Of a stretch of 64,000 nt of DNA, positions 10,237-22,650 are shown piece by piece; positions within the stretch are counted from its first letter, which is position 1; every line of letters starts with the position of its first letter. This DNA comes from Takakia lepidozioides (Eukaryota > Plantae > Bryophyta): NCBI GenBank assembly GCA_030704615.1, contig CM060734.1:10168001-10232000 (forward strand). Direction: 5' to 3'. A program made the position numbers and the translations under genes. The notes beneath the pieces are model-generated. The model was not told the DNA's origin, ran no database searches, and saw nothing but the letters and a program-made list of their open reading frames with translations.

Positions 10237-12702
10237 ACTAGTCTCCCTTGTCAAGATTAGTTAGTTTAGTAGAATCAGAGGAAAAGTTTTTTTTCCCAAA
10301 GTGTGGCATCCATCGAGGAGTTGAAAATAATAGGCAGAACGGCAGTTCAACGATCAACTTACTCAATCTTGGAGAACGCAGTGTGAAGAGTGTTCGAGAG
10401 GAGAGCAATCGGCCGAGAGAATGGTCCTGATCAGCAGCTTCTGCATAACGTAGAGCGGCGTGCGAGGGTGGCAGTGCGCGCCGCAATATCAAGCGACCAT
10501 GGATTCGTACATGAAAAGACACAACTGTTCAGAACATGTCCCTTGGACGCTTTACATTTGTCATTAACAATTCTAGAGATACTTGTTCGTGCGCGCAGTG
10601 TATCAGAACGAGTATGAATTTGATTGTCTACAAGCAGTTTTTTTTTTTTTGTAACTCAAAAGACTTCTGATCTTCGATACTTAATTCTTTATTGTGATCA
10701 GCAGGGGTACTTATCTCTGAAACTAAAGGTGGTGTTTTCGCACAGCTAGGGACGAGCAGTTAAGAGCGCTTGGAAGCCGCTTGGAAGTTAGCCTTGAATT
10801 TTGCTCTAACCAATGCTTAATGTTTCTCTTGAAATTAGTCAACGAAGCATAAGGTGGATATTTAAGAGGCTAGTGGAATCTTGCCTTAGAATTTTAAATA
10901 CCTTTGTCAAAGAGGAGAAGTCTTGAACAACCAGAAGTATGAATCAGATGGCCTGCTATACAGCCAGAACTGGGGAGTGAAATGATGTTCTCTCAAGCTT
11001 ATTGCAACATGTCAAATCACATTCACATGTAGAAGCTTATAAAGCTACCTACCCGTGTCAATGAGAAGTATTGCCGAATCTGAAAATTTCTAACCGCTTA
11101 TCCGATGATTCACTGTCCCTGATGTTTATGAAAGTGTTCGTTTGTGACCCGAGCTTCAGATGATTTCCCCTATCTATTGCCCATAAGATCCTAGCCAAGC
11201 AGCCATCTACTATCCTGAAGATAACCTCTAATTTTTTTTGCCGATGCCATGGCAAGGTGCTAACCGCCGCAACAATCCACGGATCCATAAAATGTCATTC
11301 GAAATTGACGGAATGCAATGACCCTTCGTGGTTGAAGAGACACTATAAAACGTGTCCCTTCAGACGTATCGTGTTAAAGTAATTAATGCAACATTGTTAT
11401 TGTAACACATGAATTTGGGGTTAGGGAGGTTAGTACCAAAACGCAGGTCGAGGGTTCAATTCCCTTTGGCCACATTATCCTCTGTAGCTCGTTTTCTTGT
11501 ATTTAATTCTTAAGACCCCGCTACACCTATTATAAATATGTAGATGACTGAGTTTGATTTAATGAATGAACATGGATTTGGTGGTTAAGGAAGATTACTA
11601 GATTGCCCGATGTCGGGAGTTCAAATCCCTCTGCTGCAGCACTAGTACTCTGTTTATTTTTATTTTTTATATATTAAAGAACGTCATTGGGATATAGTCA
11701 GTCGTTCTTTACTAACATAAATCAATTGAAATTATTAACAAATAAATAAATCCATCTCTATCTTTTAGACTTAATTATATATATAAATATATAAATAAAT
11801 ACAAATATTCACAAAAGAGACTAAATAGTAAAATTAGGTGGGATATAATAAACCATTTTGTGATTTGCCTTTAAGCAATTTTTACACTAGAATATGTCTC
11901 TTTATATATATGTGTGTGTCTGTATACATATATACCTCTAAATTAATAATTCTTATCCCAAGAGTAATTATACATTCGCAGTACTTATTTCTAGACTATT
12001 GTTTTTTTTTTGTAAACGCGTCAATGAGCTAGTATTGACCGTTCGATAAAAATTTACAAACGCAAGACTTATAAAAATATATAAGACGAAAAAAATGGGA
12101 AACTCAACAAGAGCAGCAGCTCAGGGCTAAGCGGCGCCTTCGGGACCTAACCTAGCTCTGTCTAACACGAACCCTAAATTAAGTATGCAACTGTTAATGG
12201 GGTGCATTAATGGTTGACAAGAAGTCAGACCACAAGTCGATGAAGGCAGGGTACTTACTGATCCCCGGAATGAGCACGTTCTTAATATACCTACAAAACA
12301 AAGGAGGTACACTTTTAGACATTGAAGGCAAAAAAGCATGTAGTCCGGCCCTCCCAAAATGCGTGCGTCGACGCACACAGTTTGGGGGTGCACACATACT
12401 TGAGATGAGGCAACCGAAATCCACTACCCCACAAGCAACATAACAGAGGGTTCCATATGCAGAAAGATATCCCATTCTCGGCAGAAAGATATTCCATTCA
12501 GAATATCCTCAAAGGCAGCAAGAACTGCCAACGAAGCAATGAAATCCATGATGGAGGGGAAAACACACCTGAGTTTGTGGCCCTCCAAAACTGTGTGCGT
12601 TGGCGCACGCAGTTTTGCATGGCCACAAACTGCCTGTCTACTGATTGCCAAAGATATTTTTCAACCAGAAAACAAAATTAACGAACCTATATAGGACCCC
12701 CT

Positions 12703-13899
12703 TCATGGCTCCCTCCGCTCCGTACTATTGGTCAAAGTTATTTGTGCGGGAGATGCCTCCATCTCGGGAAAACTCTCTGAAGAAGTAGTGGTCTTCCACT
12801 GTCTCAAGTAATCCTCCAGAGTGTCCTCGGGCACGGTCATGGTAATTTTGTAATCATGAAGCTGTTTCTCCAGCACCTTGTTTGCACGAGCTTCAATCTG
12901 CAGGGATACATATGCATGGGTTAGAGTCCATGCGTGGGAAGATATTCTCAAAATTTCAAGCAAAGAAAGTCCTAAAGAGTACCTGGCTCCAGTAGGTGGC
13001 TCTGTGCAATCATGTATCGAAAACTTGGTCGCTGAAGGGTTTGATGTCCTAGTGTTCTCATCTCTTTCACTCCTAGGGAAGTAGTATATATCCTTGACAG
13101 TTGGGTCATAATTCCAAATCTCCAACCATTTCACTTTCTGGTCTGCTTCCACCGCTGCAGTTGACAACCGGTGAAGCTTTTCCTGTGTCATCTCCGGTTT
13201 GGTGTTATTGTTACAGTGGATCCTCACCTGGTTAAGGAACTCGGGACCAAAATCAGGGTCAGCTATTCTCAGCTGCTTCACGAAAGCGCTTATGAGCTTC
13301 TTCCATATCTCATTCATCGTAAACTTCATGGCTTCCACCACTCCCTTGGACGTTCTCATACCCTCCGGGTTTTTCAAATAATACTCTGCTTTTCCTCTCT
13401 CTCCAGCTTCAGCTATTTCTTGCTGCAAAACGTAATCCGGAATGAGATCACTTATTACTGACAATCACAACAGACAATGGAAGGCCAGAGCGATGGAATA
13501 CTTACCGTGTACATGTACTCCATGAATGCTTCCCTCGTCAGCTTGTACCAGGTGTCTGACGTTTTCGATGTCAAGCATTTCATGAAGGACTCCGCACTCA
13601 GGATGCTCTTGAATGAATCGAGGGGCATCTGGCCGATATTTTGGATCCTGAATAGTGTGTGAAGCAAGTTCATTGTCACATGGGCGGTTTCAGTTCCCTT
13701 GTCACATATAGTGGTATGTCGTCAGTGAGTGCTAAAAGCGAACAGACAGACATGGGAAAAATGAGGACAATAAAAGGTGAAGAAGACACTTATTTGTTAA
13801 CGTCATGCATTGCCGTCAACAGTGCAGTGATGTTTCCCTTGGGATCCAGCACCATTGAGGCCACAAAGTAGTGCCACTCCTCCTCGGTGCTATGAAATC
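12703..13899 (-). pseudogene. Unidentified intron-containing coding fragment, cut at its 5' side by an LTR insertion
   Basis: 253-aa ORF 12703-13464 plus upstream ORF 13455-13679, with a candidate short GTAAGT...TGTCAG intron near 13459-13506. No family recognised. Confidence 0.4.
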
Positions 13900-14612
13900 T
13901 GTTGTGCACCTCACTTCAGTAAGCTCTCCTTCACGTCATAGTTACTCGCTTTGGCGCGCGCGCCTCCCAAACTAGCCGCCAGGCCAACTCGGAGCTTCGG
14001 CTGCTCACCGGGACATAACGGTCCCCTTTTGCTCATCCACAAGACCCTCGCTCACTTTGGGCCTAGTGGAAATTCCCTTTGGTTGTTGGTAGTCCGGAAT
14101 AGCTCCCCACACCTTGGTCGCTTTCCGACTCGCACGCTTACTCACTAGTTTTTGGTCACCAACGGGCTTGCACCGTTCTTGGGGTTACTACTCCCTATAT
14201 ATACTTCTGTGACCATCCGCGGGGGTTTCACAAACAACACCATCCTTTTATGGCGAACCACCACGAAGACCCTTGACTCCCGGTGATGAGTCGCAGTGAG
14301 TCTTGGCCCACCCACCACAGCCCCAATGGACCGTGATGAGTCCCAAGACTCCCCACGACTCTGACCACAAGACCACAAGGGGTCTCCGCCCCATGGTGAG
14401 TCCTATGCCACCCCCACTAAGACCCACTAAGCTACCACCACCCCTCGTGGAACCACCCCCACCGCAACCCGGTGTGCGGGGCTCCACCTAGTGAGCGCCT
14501 CCGCCTCCTTGAGTGTCTTGGGCACTCAAGGGTGCTTCAGCCCCCGTACCTATTGTTGCCACTGCCCCCACCACAGGGGCAGCCCCTCTTGTGTCCCGAC
14601 CCCTTGTCCTCA
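13900..14612 (-). mobile_element. Partial LTR of the chromovirus family
   Basis: Reverse complement aligns with about 34130-34842 and with 40643-40744. Terminal CA at 13900-13901 on the minus strand. Confidence 0.85.
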
Positions 14613-14616
14613 AGGT

Positions 14617-14875
14617 ACTATGATAGGAGGAAGATTGTATAAGCTAGGACCTTATGGAGTTCTTAAAAGATGCTTGTACCACCATGAAGTTAATAAAGTT
14701 TTGGAAGAAGTTCATAAAGGAGTGGCTGGAGGCCATTTTGGAGAAGAGACTACCAGTAGGAAAATATTACTTGCAGGTTACTGGTGGCCTACCTTGTTTA
14801 AAGATGTACACAAGTATTGTAAGAGTTGTGATGAGTGCCAGAGGCTAGGACCTGGTGCATTCCGAGTTGGTTTTT
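14617..14875 (+). pseudogene. Athila-like integrase N-terminal (HHCC) fragment
   Basis: LEEVHKGVAGGHFG..YWWPTLFKDVHKYCKSCDECQR; near-identical to about 58196-58430. Confidence 0.85.
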
Positions 14876-17071
14876 GATCTTACATGCATCAACGTGGAGG
14901 GACGCACGGTGGGGTGATGTCTTGATCTTCTGAGCAGATATGCTTCAGCTTGATCCTCTTGTCTTCAGCGGCTGAGTTGTAGATTGCGGATTGTGATTTT
15001 CATGGCCTTATGGCTTGCACATTCTAGGACTTAAACATTTTATTCTTATGATATATCACCACCTGTACTCCCTGCATGGTTTTCCTAGCCAAAGATTTTG
15101 TTTGTGGCCCAATTTGCAGGTGCCAGGTTTTCCCTTGGTAGGTTTTCCACCCAGCAGCGGAGGGTGATTTTATCAAAACATTTACTTATTATTTCTTCTA
15201 TTTTACTTCGCGGAGCTTAGGATTTTTCGTGGGGGATGGCCCAATCTCTTCTCATCTCTTAATTTCCTATTTCATCCGTGTGACGATACTCATCCATCCG
15301 TATAAATTTTTGGCTTAGAATATCGTTAAACCGTTACAATCATGGGTTAGCTAGGGGTTAGTTAGGATGGTGGCCGCATCCAGGCCATCCAGTTGATCTA
15401 TGGTTGCAAATAGGCACCGCGGGCTCAGCCTATTGCGCCTCGCCACGTGACATGCATCAGGGCTAGGGTTTTAATTGTATAAAAGTGGCGGCCTGACACA
15501 AGGTTAGACAGCTTGTGTACGCTGGTGTATGTATGTGTAAAGGTGTTCGATTTCCATATGTGTGAGAGATTTCTGTCAGTTGGCTTGCAAAGATCCTCCT
15601 CTCGCTGATTGCAAGCTCCCTTTGCTTCGCCCCTGTCATTTTGTAGAGCACCTCGTGAGGATAGGAGATTATTCCTCCAGCTACTTTTAATGCTTCACAA
15701 ACCTATACTTATAAACTTTTTGTTATTGTTGTGATAAGCTACTTTGCAATAACATCACCTCTTTCAGGTCCACCCCCCACAGGGCCAGTAACTGCAAGGT
15801 GAAGTGGCTTTCAGTCTGCCGGCTTTGGCAGGAGTCTTCTCTCTCTCTGACCTCTGTCAATTTGCTTAATTAGGTTCTTCCATGTGCTTGGGGTGGAGGC
15901 AAATTGACATATTGGTCTCTCTTAGTTACATTGTTACACTGTTTCTAGTATTAGTCCTCGTACAATTTTTGAAGTCAAATTTGAAATTTTACCCTTGCGA
16001 CCAAATATTCATTTGTTGGTACTACATACTTAAGACAAACATAAAGAGACGAAGAGAAGCTTTCTGCTGAAGAAGAGAGCATGGACATTTTTGCTCAACT
16101 TCATTGGCACTATCTAGTCCTCTCGCAAAAAGGACTCGCTACTCCCAGCATGTAGTCCAAGCCTTACCATCAAGGCTCAATGCAAGACGTGAGCCCTCCC
16201 AAACAAAAGGCTGCTATGTTTTATTTAATTATCCATCTCAAAGGTTATATTTCACCCAAATTTAGGCCAAGTTTCACTATAAGACTAGATAACAAAATTG
16301 TTTTTGGAGCCACATTGTGTTCACTTTTAGACATATACACCCCGTGATCTTCCAAAAACGAAGTCATAGCACATCCAAATGAAACAGAATACAAACCTAC
16401 TTCTGCACAAAAAACACAAAATCAAGATATAAGATCCTGAAATCACCATACACCCCCATTCTTGGCTGATTATATTTTCGGACAGGATGCTATATGTCAA
16501 TTCATCCTTCGTTTATTTATCTTTTGAGGGTGCATGTAGCCATTCAGGCGTGGGTTGAGGTTGTTGCAGCATTGTATGAGAAATCCTCTCTAACCAGACC
16601 TGGATCGTGCTCTATCTGGATAATCAATTTGGAAGGTATTTAGTTTATATGAAAACCTCTGGATGAGAAGCTACTCAAAAGCGTGGGGTCTTCTCATTGC
16701 ACTTTTCAGGGTTTGATGCTTTGTTTAGACTTAATCTCAGGCACTTGCAATGAGTTTAACCAACCTGACTGAGTTCTTTCAGGCTATAATCATGGAGCTA
16801 AGATTTTCACACCATCAGCAGGCTAGTAGAAACTGTTAAATAGCATACCGGAAGACTGTTTTAACTGTGTTCAGATTAAAAACATGTGGCCTGAATCTGC
16901 GGAAGTCTTAACTCCAAAGTTGCATGCTCTATAATCTCACTGCTTGGTTCATGCCTGGCAGTGCATAGAGAAATTGCATCCACCCAGTTATATGGAGGAA
17001 CCTGCCAGTCTTTCTCTCATTCTCACTCATGGTGGTTGACGTTTAGGTGAATTTGATTTAACTATCCAAAT

Positions 17072-19376
17072 CTATCCATGCTCAGTACCCATGATAGCAG
17101 CTCTCAGCTTGACATTGGCATTTTCCTGCAAAAGTACGTAGCCGAGACAACAACAAGATCGTGAATAAGTTACTCATGACAAGCCAACAAGAGCCAGATG
17201 ACGATGACCAACTACTACGACACGTCTGACAAAGCAATCTTTACATTTGGCAGTAAGCCTGCAGAAATTGTTGGGGTGCTTAATATATATATCCACTGCC
17301 TCCTTTAGGGCACCAAAGCTCCGATCCTCCTCAAGATGATACAAGGAACCAAAGCAAACTGCAACAGACGCGGGCAGCAAAAGCCCAGAGGGTGCAAGAA
17401 TATATTGATGAACTAATAACGAAGTCATTGAGTCAGCAGAAGGGAGAGTCTGAAAGCCTACCAGGGCAAAAAATAAGGTACACATGGGCAAACTAATGCA
17501 ATTCTGCACTAGAGAAGGTGAATACGAAGGTACTCACCAAATGCATTAGGACTCGAAATCATACTTATCAGTGACCAGGATACCCCCAGTTAACTGAATA
17601 CTTTCAAGGCAAATAGATATTCCCACATTACAAAATCGTGCCTGACTTTCCTGCATAATCTTCCAAGGAATGTCCCAGCAATCCTTGGCACAAAGCATTC
17701 CCTGGTTAGTGGCTGAGATACCAGGACAGCATACACATGTTCATGTGATGCTCATTCTGAAGGTGCAATTCAGGTCTGGGGCCTCACCTATTATAGACCC
17801 CAACACTGGCACCATGTCGTACATAATAGTTTAGGTGTCTCAAGCTAGGAACCTAGGTGTGCTTAAAAGTTCCTCCAGATTTTGACTACATATTCTATTA
17901 AATTATGGCCTGGCCTCATTGAGATTTGAAAGATATCCTGGTATCAAGAGACAAGGATGCATTCCCAAGAAAGATTCTCCATATCAGAAAGTGAACACTG
18001 CATGCTACTTGGGAACGATAACAACAAGAGAGGAGAAAACACACCTGCTCAGCAAGAGCATCAGAGCTTTCACAGACTTGCTTTGCCAGAGCTTCAAGTT
18101 TCATTAGCATTTTAGTGTATAAATCTTCAAGTTCCCGCACATGCCCACCCTTGCCTTCAGTTCTAATCATGCCCCTTAATCTGTCAACTGAAAAATCCTG
18201 TGAGTACATATTCAAAAGCGCTTGCTCCGTGACTCCTGGCCTTCCACCACCTTCCACGCTTACATCTGAAAGAGCATCCTTGCCGTGAGCTCTTCTTAAA
18301 CCCTCACCGGTTGTTTCAGTGCCTTCAGTCCCTTCCATATCTGAGGGGTTCAAGAACCATGGAAACGGTGCAACTGGGGAAAATGAGTCGTACAGCGCTC
18401 GAAATGCAGGACCAATGTTTACAATGTTTAGTGTCCTAGGCTCAAAAATCCCCCCTCCCTGCGCTTTATCACGGTACTGGAATGCACGATACTCATGGGT
18501 GTAGGTCGAATTTATTGCGTACTCTGAGATTAGTAAAAACACACACGGGGAGGTGGAGGGCACTCCAACGAGCTTCAGAATAAGCCCCCCTTCATGAGAG
18601 ATACCACTGCTACTTCCCTTTACAGAGCTCCCTGGCACTTTGGTGTGTACAAAGCCTCCCGGTGAAACAATACCCCCACTCCCACTCCCACTGCTGCTTT
18701 CTCTGGATGGGAAATTTCCAACTACCTTGGCGTTTGCACTGGAAGAGGTAACACCCCCATCTCTGGAGAGACTGATTCTGGTCTGCATGGGACCCTTTCC
18801 CAAATTAGGGATCCCAGTGGCATCAACAATTCCCACTCCCTCTGTACCTCGAGTTTTTGAAGGAAGACGGTTGGTTTCTTTTGAAACATTGCCAGGACCA
18901 CTCCCTTCAATAGTGGCCATACCTCCACTTGCATTACAAGGCGGCAAATAATGAGTTGCCATTCTCAAATTGATGGTCACAGATGTTTCCCTCATCGAAG
19001 GCCTCATTGTAGTCTCCCGCCTACCAACAAACCAGCCGATGGGAGAATCGCCGCCTCTGTCTTCCCTCTCTCCAATCATCTGAAAAAGCTTTGAAGGATC
19101 GATCTGACCTGTTGCATCATAGAAACTCATAACTCTGCCCGTGCAGCAGTGACCAGTCACGCTTGCTGTGAACTCTTCACACTCACTTTGAGCTCCCACT
19201 ACCTCATCATCACCTAGAGTGGACGAGGTTTGGCGTTGCACATGGCCGAATAAGATGCCATCACAATCACCCTCAGAGGAGCTGAAGGCCTGCATTATCT
19301 GTGATAAAGTCGCTCCTGAGATAGCCACTCTGTCACATGCAGGGTCCGCCTCTACTGCAGGCTTCCCCGATGCCAT
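17072..19376 (-). CDS. Abraxas/ABRO1 (FAM175)-like BRISC/BRCA1-A complex subunit; predicted exons 19376-18045 and 17125-17072
   Basis: N-terminal MPN-like segment VAISGATLSQIMQAFSSSEGDCDGILFGHV, PIGWFVGRR..RPSMRE, THEYRAFQY and a C-terminal coiled coil. Donor GAGCAG|GTGTGT at 18045. Acceptor TTTTGCAG|GAA at 17125 gives ENANVKLRAAIMGTEHG*. Confidence 0.78.
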
Positions 19377-21423
19377 GCTCCGTATCTCCTGAGAGACCGC
19401 CTGTTTCCCCTCTCCGTATCTCTCTCCCCACCCCCTCCCCTTCCGTGTTTGTCAGAAATGTCTTCTTACTGCAAACCCATAGAAACTCCCTGGGTGCCAC
19501 AAACCCATATCTCAGAAACACATAAAGCTCTACTGACTATCCGTGCACAGACCTGCTGCACAAAAGGAAAAGCACAGGAGATGAGCTTGCACACAGACAT
19601 GGAGGGGAGCAATAAACAGCAGTAGCCTTTGTGGGCCCTTTGTCTTCTCATCACTCTGGCACTTCTCATCCATCTCTCTCACTCATTCATCCTGTGTCCT
19701 CTATGCAGATTTTAGAGCAGACAGTTGAAGTCAGCCCACATTTATTGATGAAAACCTGTACAGCTTTATTTACAGGAAACATGAGGTATTTGAGCATATG
19801 ATAGAAAAACCCCAAAACCTGGGAAAGAACAAAGAAGGGAGGAAAGGGAAGCAAGCTAAACTAAACTATTCAAACTTCTCAGTCATCCCAACCTACTGCT
19901 TGAAGTAGGTTGGAGGGCAACATGGGTGTAACGTCTGGGAGAGTTGGGAGGTGGGATGAAGCCAATCCAGCTATGTCTGTCCGATGTAAAATGGCCATTG
20001 CTTGAGCTCCGATGTAAAATGGCCATTGCTTGAGCTCTGTGTAATGCAAAGGCCACTTTTTGTCTGTAAAAGGCCACAAGAACGGAGGCATAAGGAATCC
20101 ATGTGGTCTTGTTTTGGCCCGCTTCATTGGCACATGAACGGAGTAGGTTGTCAAACTGGCGATGGAGATAGCCGAATATCTCTACAGCCAAGAATAGAGC
20201 CCACCCTCCAAAGGGGGCAATACCCACATGGGGAAGAGGCTCTTATTTACGCTAGCTTCGGCTGGCGTCATATATATATATATATACAGCCAAGGGGATG
20301 AAAGTGTCGGTGGGATGTCTGTCCCGATAGTCGGGTTCCTTGACTTAGAGCATCCCCACTCTACACCTCTATGGACCCCTGCACCCGTACTTCTCGTATA
20401 GAGGTTCAAAATTGCCGCCAAACGTACCACACCCTTGCCCCGCTACAGTATACGCCGTTCAGGGCGGGCAGTGAACCGCCTCTCTTTCACTGAATCTGTG
20501 CACGATATTCAGTCCCTGTACTCGTCCCTGACCCGAGTTGTCCCCACATGGACATGTCAGAGCGTGCCTCTCAGCCTCTGGCCTCCCTTCCAGCGGAAGA
20601 CAAGAGCTGCGACACGGGGATGACGCAGGCAAGCAGTAGGTGGGGAACGTGATAAGGAGCATTGAGAACGTCACTCTCTGGGAACATAGGGTACCAGGGG
20701 CGTAACGAGGGGCAAGGGTGTGCTATGAGCAGCCGACCCCTTCACACACCTTTCCAGACTCCTGAACCAACCCCTCCAAATCAGTGAGAAGGGTGGGGAT
20801 GCTCTTAGAGCAACAACCAAAGTCGCAGAGCCCTGAGAGGATGCCGAACGTGAAAGTAGGTCGGATCGGGTAGGGTAGAGTAGGCTCGGGTCGGCAATGA
20901 CAACGTAGGCTAGGGTGCGAAGACCATCTTTAGACAGGATGACATTTATTAAGAGACCCTCACCGGCGAGCGATTCTATCGATAAGTTATATTACATTAC
21001 CGCTCGCCAAAGCCGAGGAGGAGAAGGATAGCACAGATTGTGGGTGCTTGCTGTGGTTGTGTCGTCTCGCTTATACAATACGGTTTTTCTTTCTAGCGAT
21101 CTGCAATGGGATGTGGGCGATCTGTTCCTAGCATACTTTAGTCTGCCCTGATGGGATAGTTAATTCTAAGGATGTGGGTGCTTTTCCCTGTGTGCGACTG
21201 TCCCAGCCAACCTAGGGTTATGCTGGTACAGAGTTGAGTGTTCAATGCAAGTCTTTCTGGCACCAATTCTTTTGTAAGCAACATCGGGGAGTTGTACGAT
21301 GTTGGAGTGCCCGACCATGTGTCCACAACGGACTCTTTGGTTGGCCTTTGTCCCAACGGATTGCCCATCTGTCTATCTCCATCATTGATTTCTTGACAAT
21401 CCCTGTTACCTTCTCTGTTTCTA

Positions 21424-22650
21424 ATGGATCCACTATCTCTGATTGCATTCCTTCCAGCTTCTCCTCCATCATCGTGTGAAACTCCTCATGAACTGGAGTT
21501 TTGTGTCTCCACCAGCATGGATGAACGAGTGTGGAGTAGATTATCGCAGGAGCTCCTAGAGAGAATTTTGGCGGCAACGCCTGCCCCTAGCATCCTTCGC
21601 CTTCGCTCTGTCTGCAAGGGGTGGAACTCTCTCTTCGCCTCGCAGAAATTCATCGAGCTGTGGTTGCAACACTTCAAATCTCACAGGCCCTGCTTTCTCA
21701 TGACTGCGTTCGTCGTTCGGGATAGTGTGGGTTTTTCATTCTATAACCCAGCTTTGAATTTATGGCACCAAATGCTGATGCCAAAATTTGTCTGGGGCGA
21801 AGGTCAGAATGTGAATAATCTCACTTCATCTATACCTGGACTCGTAGCATCTGATGGAGGATTGCTTCTCTTAGGAGTTGGGGCTTTGCAAATGCCACAT
21901 GCTTATGTTGTGTGTAACCCCATGACATCCACATGGAAACTCTTGCCTCGCATGGTGCAAGCCACTGGACGGCAGTCGTTCATCCGAATGGGAACAGATT
22001 CAAAGAGATACAAGATAATCATGGCATGCAATGAGAGTGATGCATCAGATTCGACCACAAAGGTGTACGACTCCTCCACCGACTGTTGGATGGTTTATGA
22101 TAGCGCCCTCCCCCCTACCATCACCGCCATGGATTACCAGCAATCCGGTGTTGTTTGCAGTGGATATTTGTATTTGGTGGCAAAGGATCCTGCCATGGTG
22201 GTAGCATTTGACCTCGAGCATGGGGTCTGGAGCGAGATCCAACCACGAATACCGGATCGCATCATTCGCCCACATCTTGTTGAACGGCATGGTCAATTGA
22301 TGATTGTGGGGGGTGTTGATAACATATGGACTCACAGCAGATGGCCCAACCCTCAAAGTATTGGTGTGTGGAAGCTGGATCAGTCACTACAAGCGTGGGT
22401 TGAAGTGGCGAGGCTGCCTAAAGTCCTGTGCGAAGAATTTCAAAAGTGGATTAATTTTGAGAACTTCAGGTGCGTAGGCCAACATGACATTCTTTATCTT
22501 ACCTGCACTAGTGGCCGAGATGTACTGGCCTACGACATCTCCAAGAAAACGTGTAAATGGTTGCCCGAGTCGCCCAGACTTGTTGACCACCATGGTCGAC
22601 CCTGGTGGATGCTGTTGCCATATGAGCCCTCGCTGACTCCCTCAATTTGA
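21424..22650 (+). CDS. F-box/kelch-repeat (FBA-type) protein, intronless; alternative start at 21517
   Basis: F-box MDERVWSRLSQELLERILA..LRLRSVCKGWNSL, followed by beta-propeller motifs (VASDGGLL, VVCNPMTSTWKLLP, TKVYDSSTDCW, VVAFDLEHGVW). Confidence 0.9.
   Translation: MDPLSLIAFLPASPPSSCETPHELEFCVSTSMDERVWSRLSQELLERILAATPAPSILRLRSVCKGWNSLFASQKFIELWLQHFKSHRPCFLMTAFVVRDSVGFSFYNPALNLWHQMLMPKFVWGEGQNVNNLTSSIPGLVASDGGLLLLGVGALQMPHAYVVCNPMTSTWKLLPRMVQATGRQSFIRMGTDSKRYKIIMACNESDASDSTTKVYDSSTDCWMVYDSALPPTITAMDYQQSGVVCSGYLYLVAKDPAMVVAFDLEHGVWSEIQPRIPDRIIRPHLVERHGQLMIVGGVDNIWTHSRWPNPQSIGVWKLDQSLQAWVEVARLPKVLCEEFQKWINFENFRCVGQHDILYLTCTSGRDVLAYDISKKTCKWLPESPRLVDHHGRPWWMLLPYEPSLTPSI

Noticed and set aside
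14248-14491. Gly- or Pro-rich short ORFs (also 34262-34474)
   Set aside because: Lie inside chromovirus LTR sequence; no coding evidence.
17916-18044. C-terminal 42 codons of the 486-aa ORF
   Set aside because: Probably intron read-through past a good donor site; a downstream exon gives a better coiled-coil ending.
19880-20945. Possible solo LTR between the Abraxas-like and F-box genes (TA run, 28-bp tandem duplication near 19981-20040)
   Set aside because: Could not find matching TG..CA termini with a TSD.
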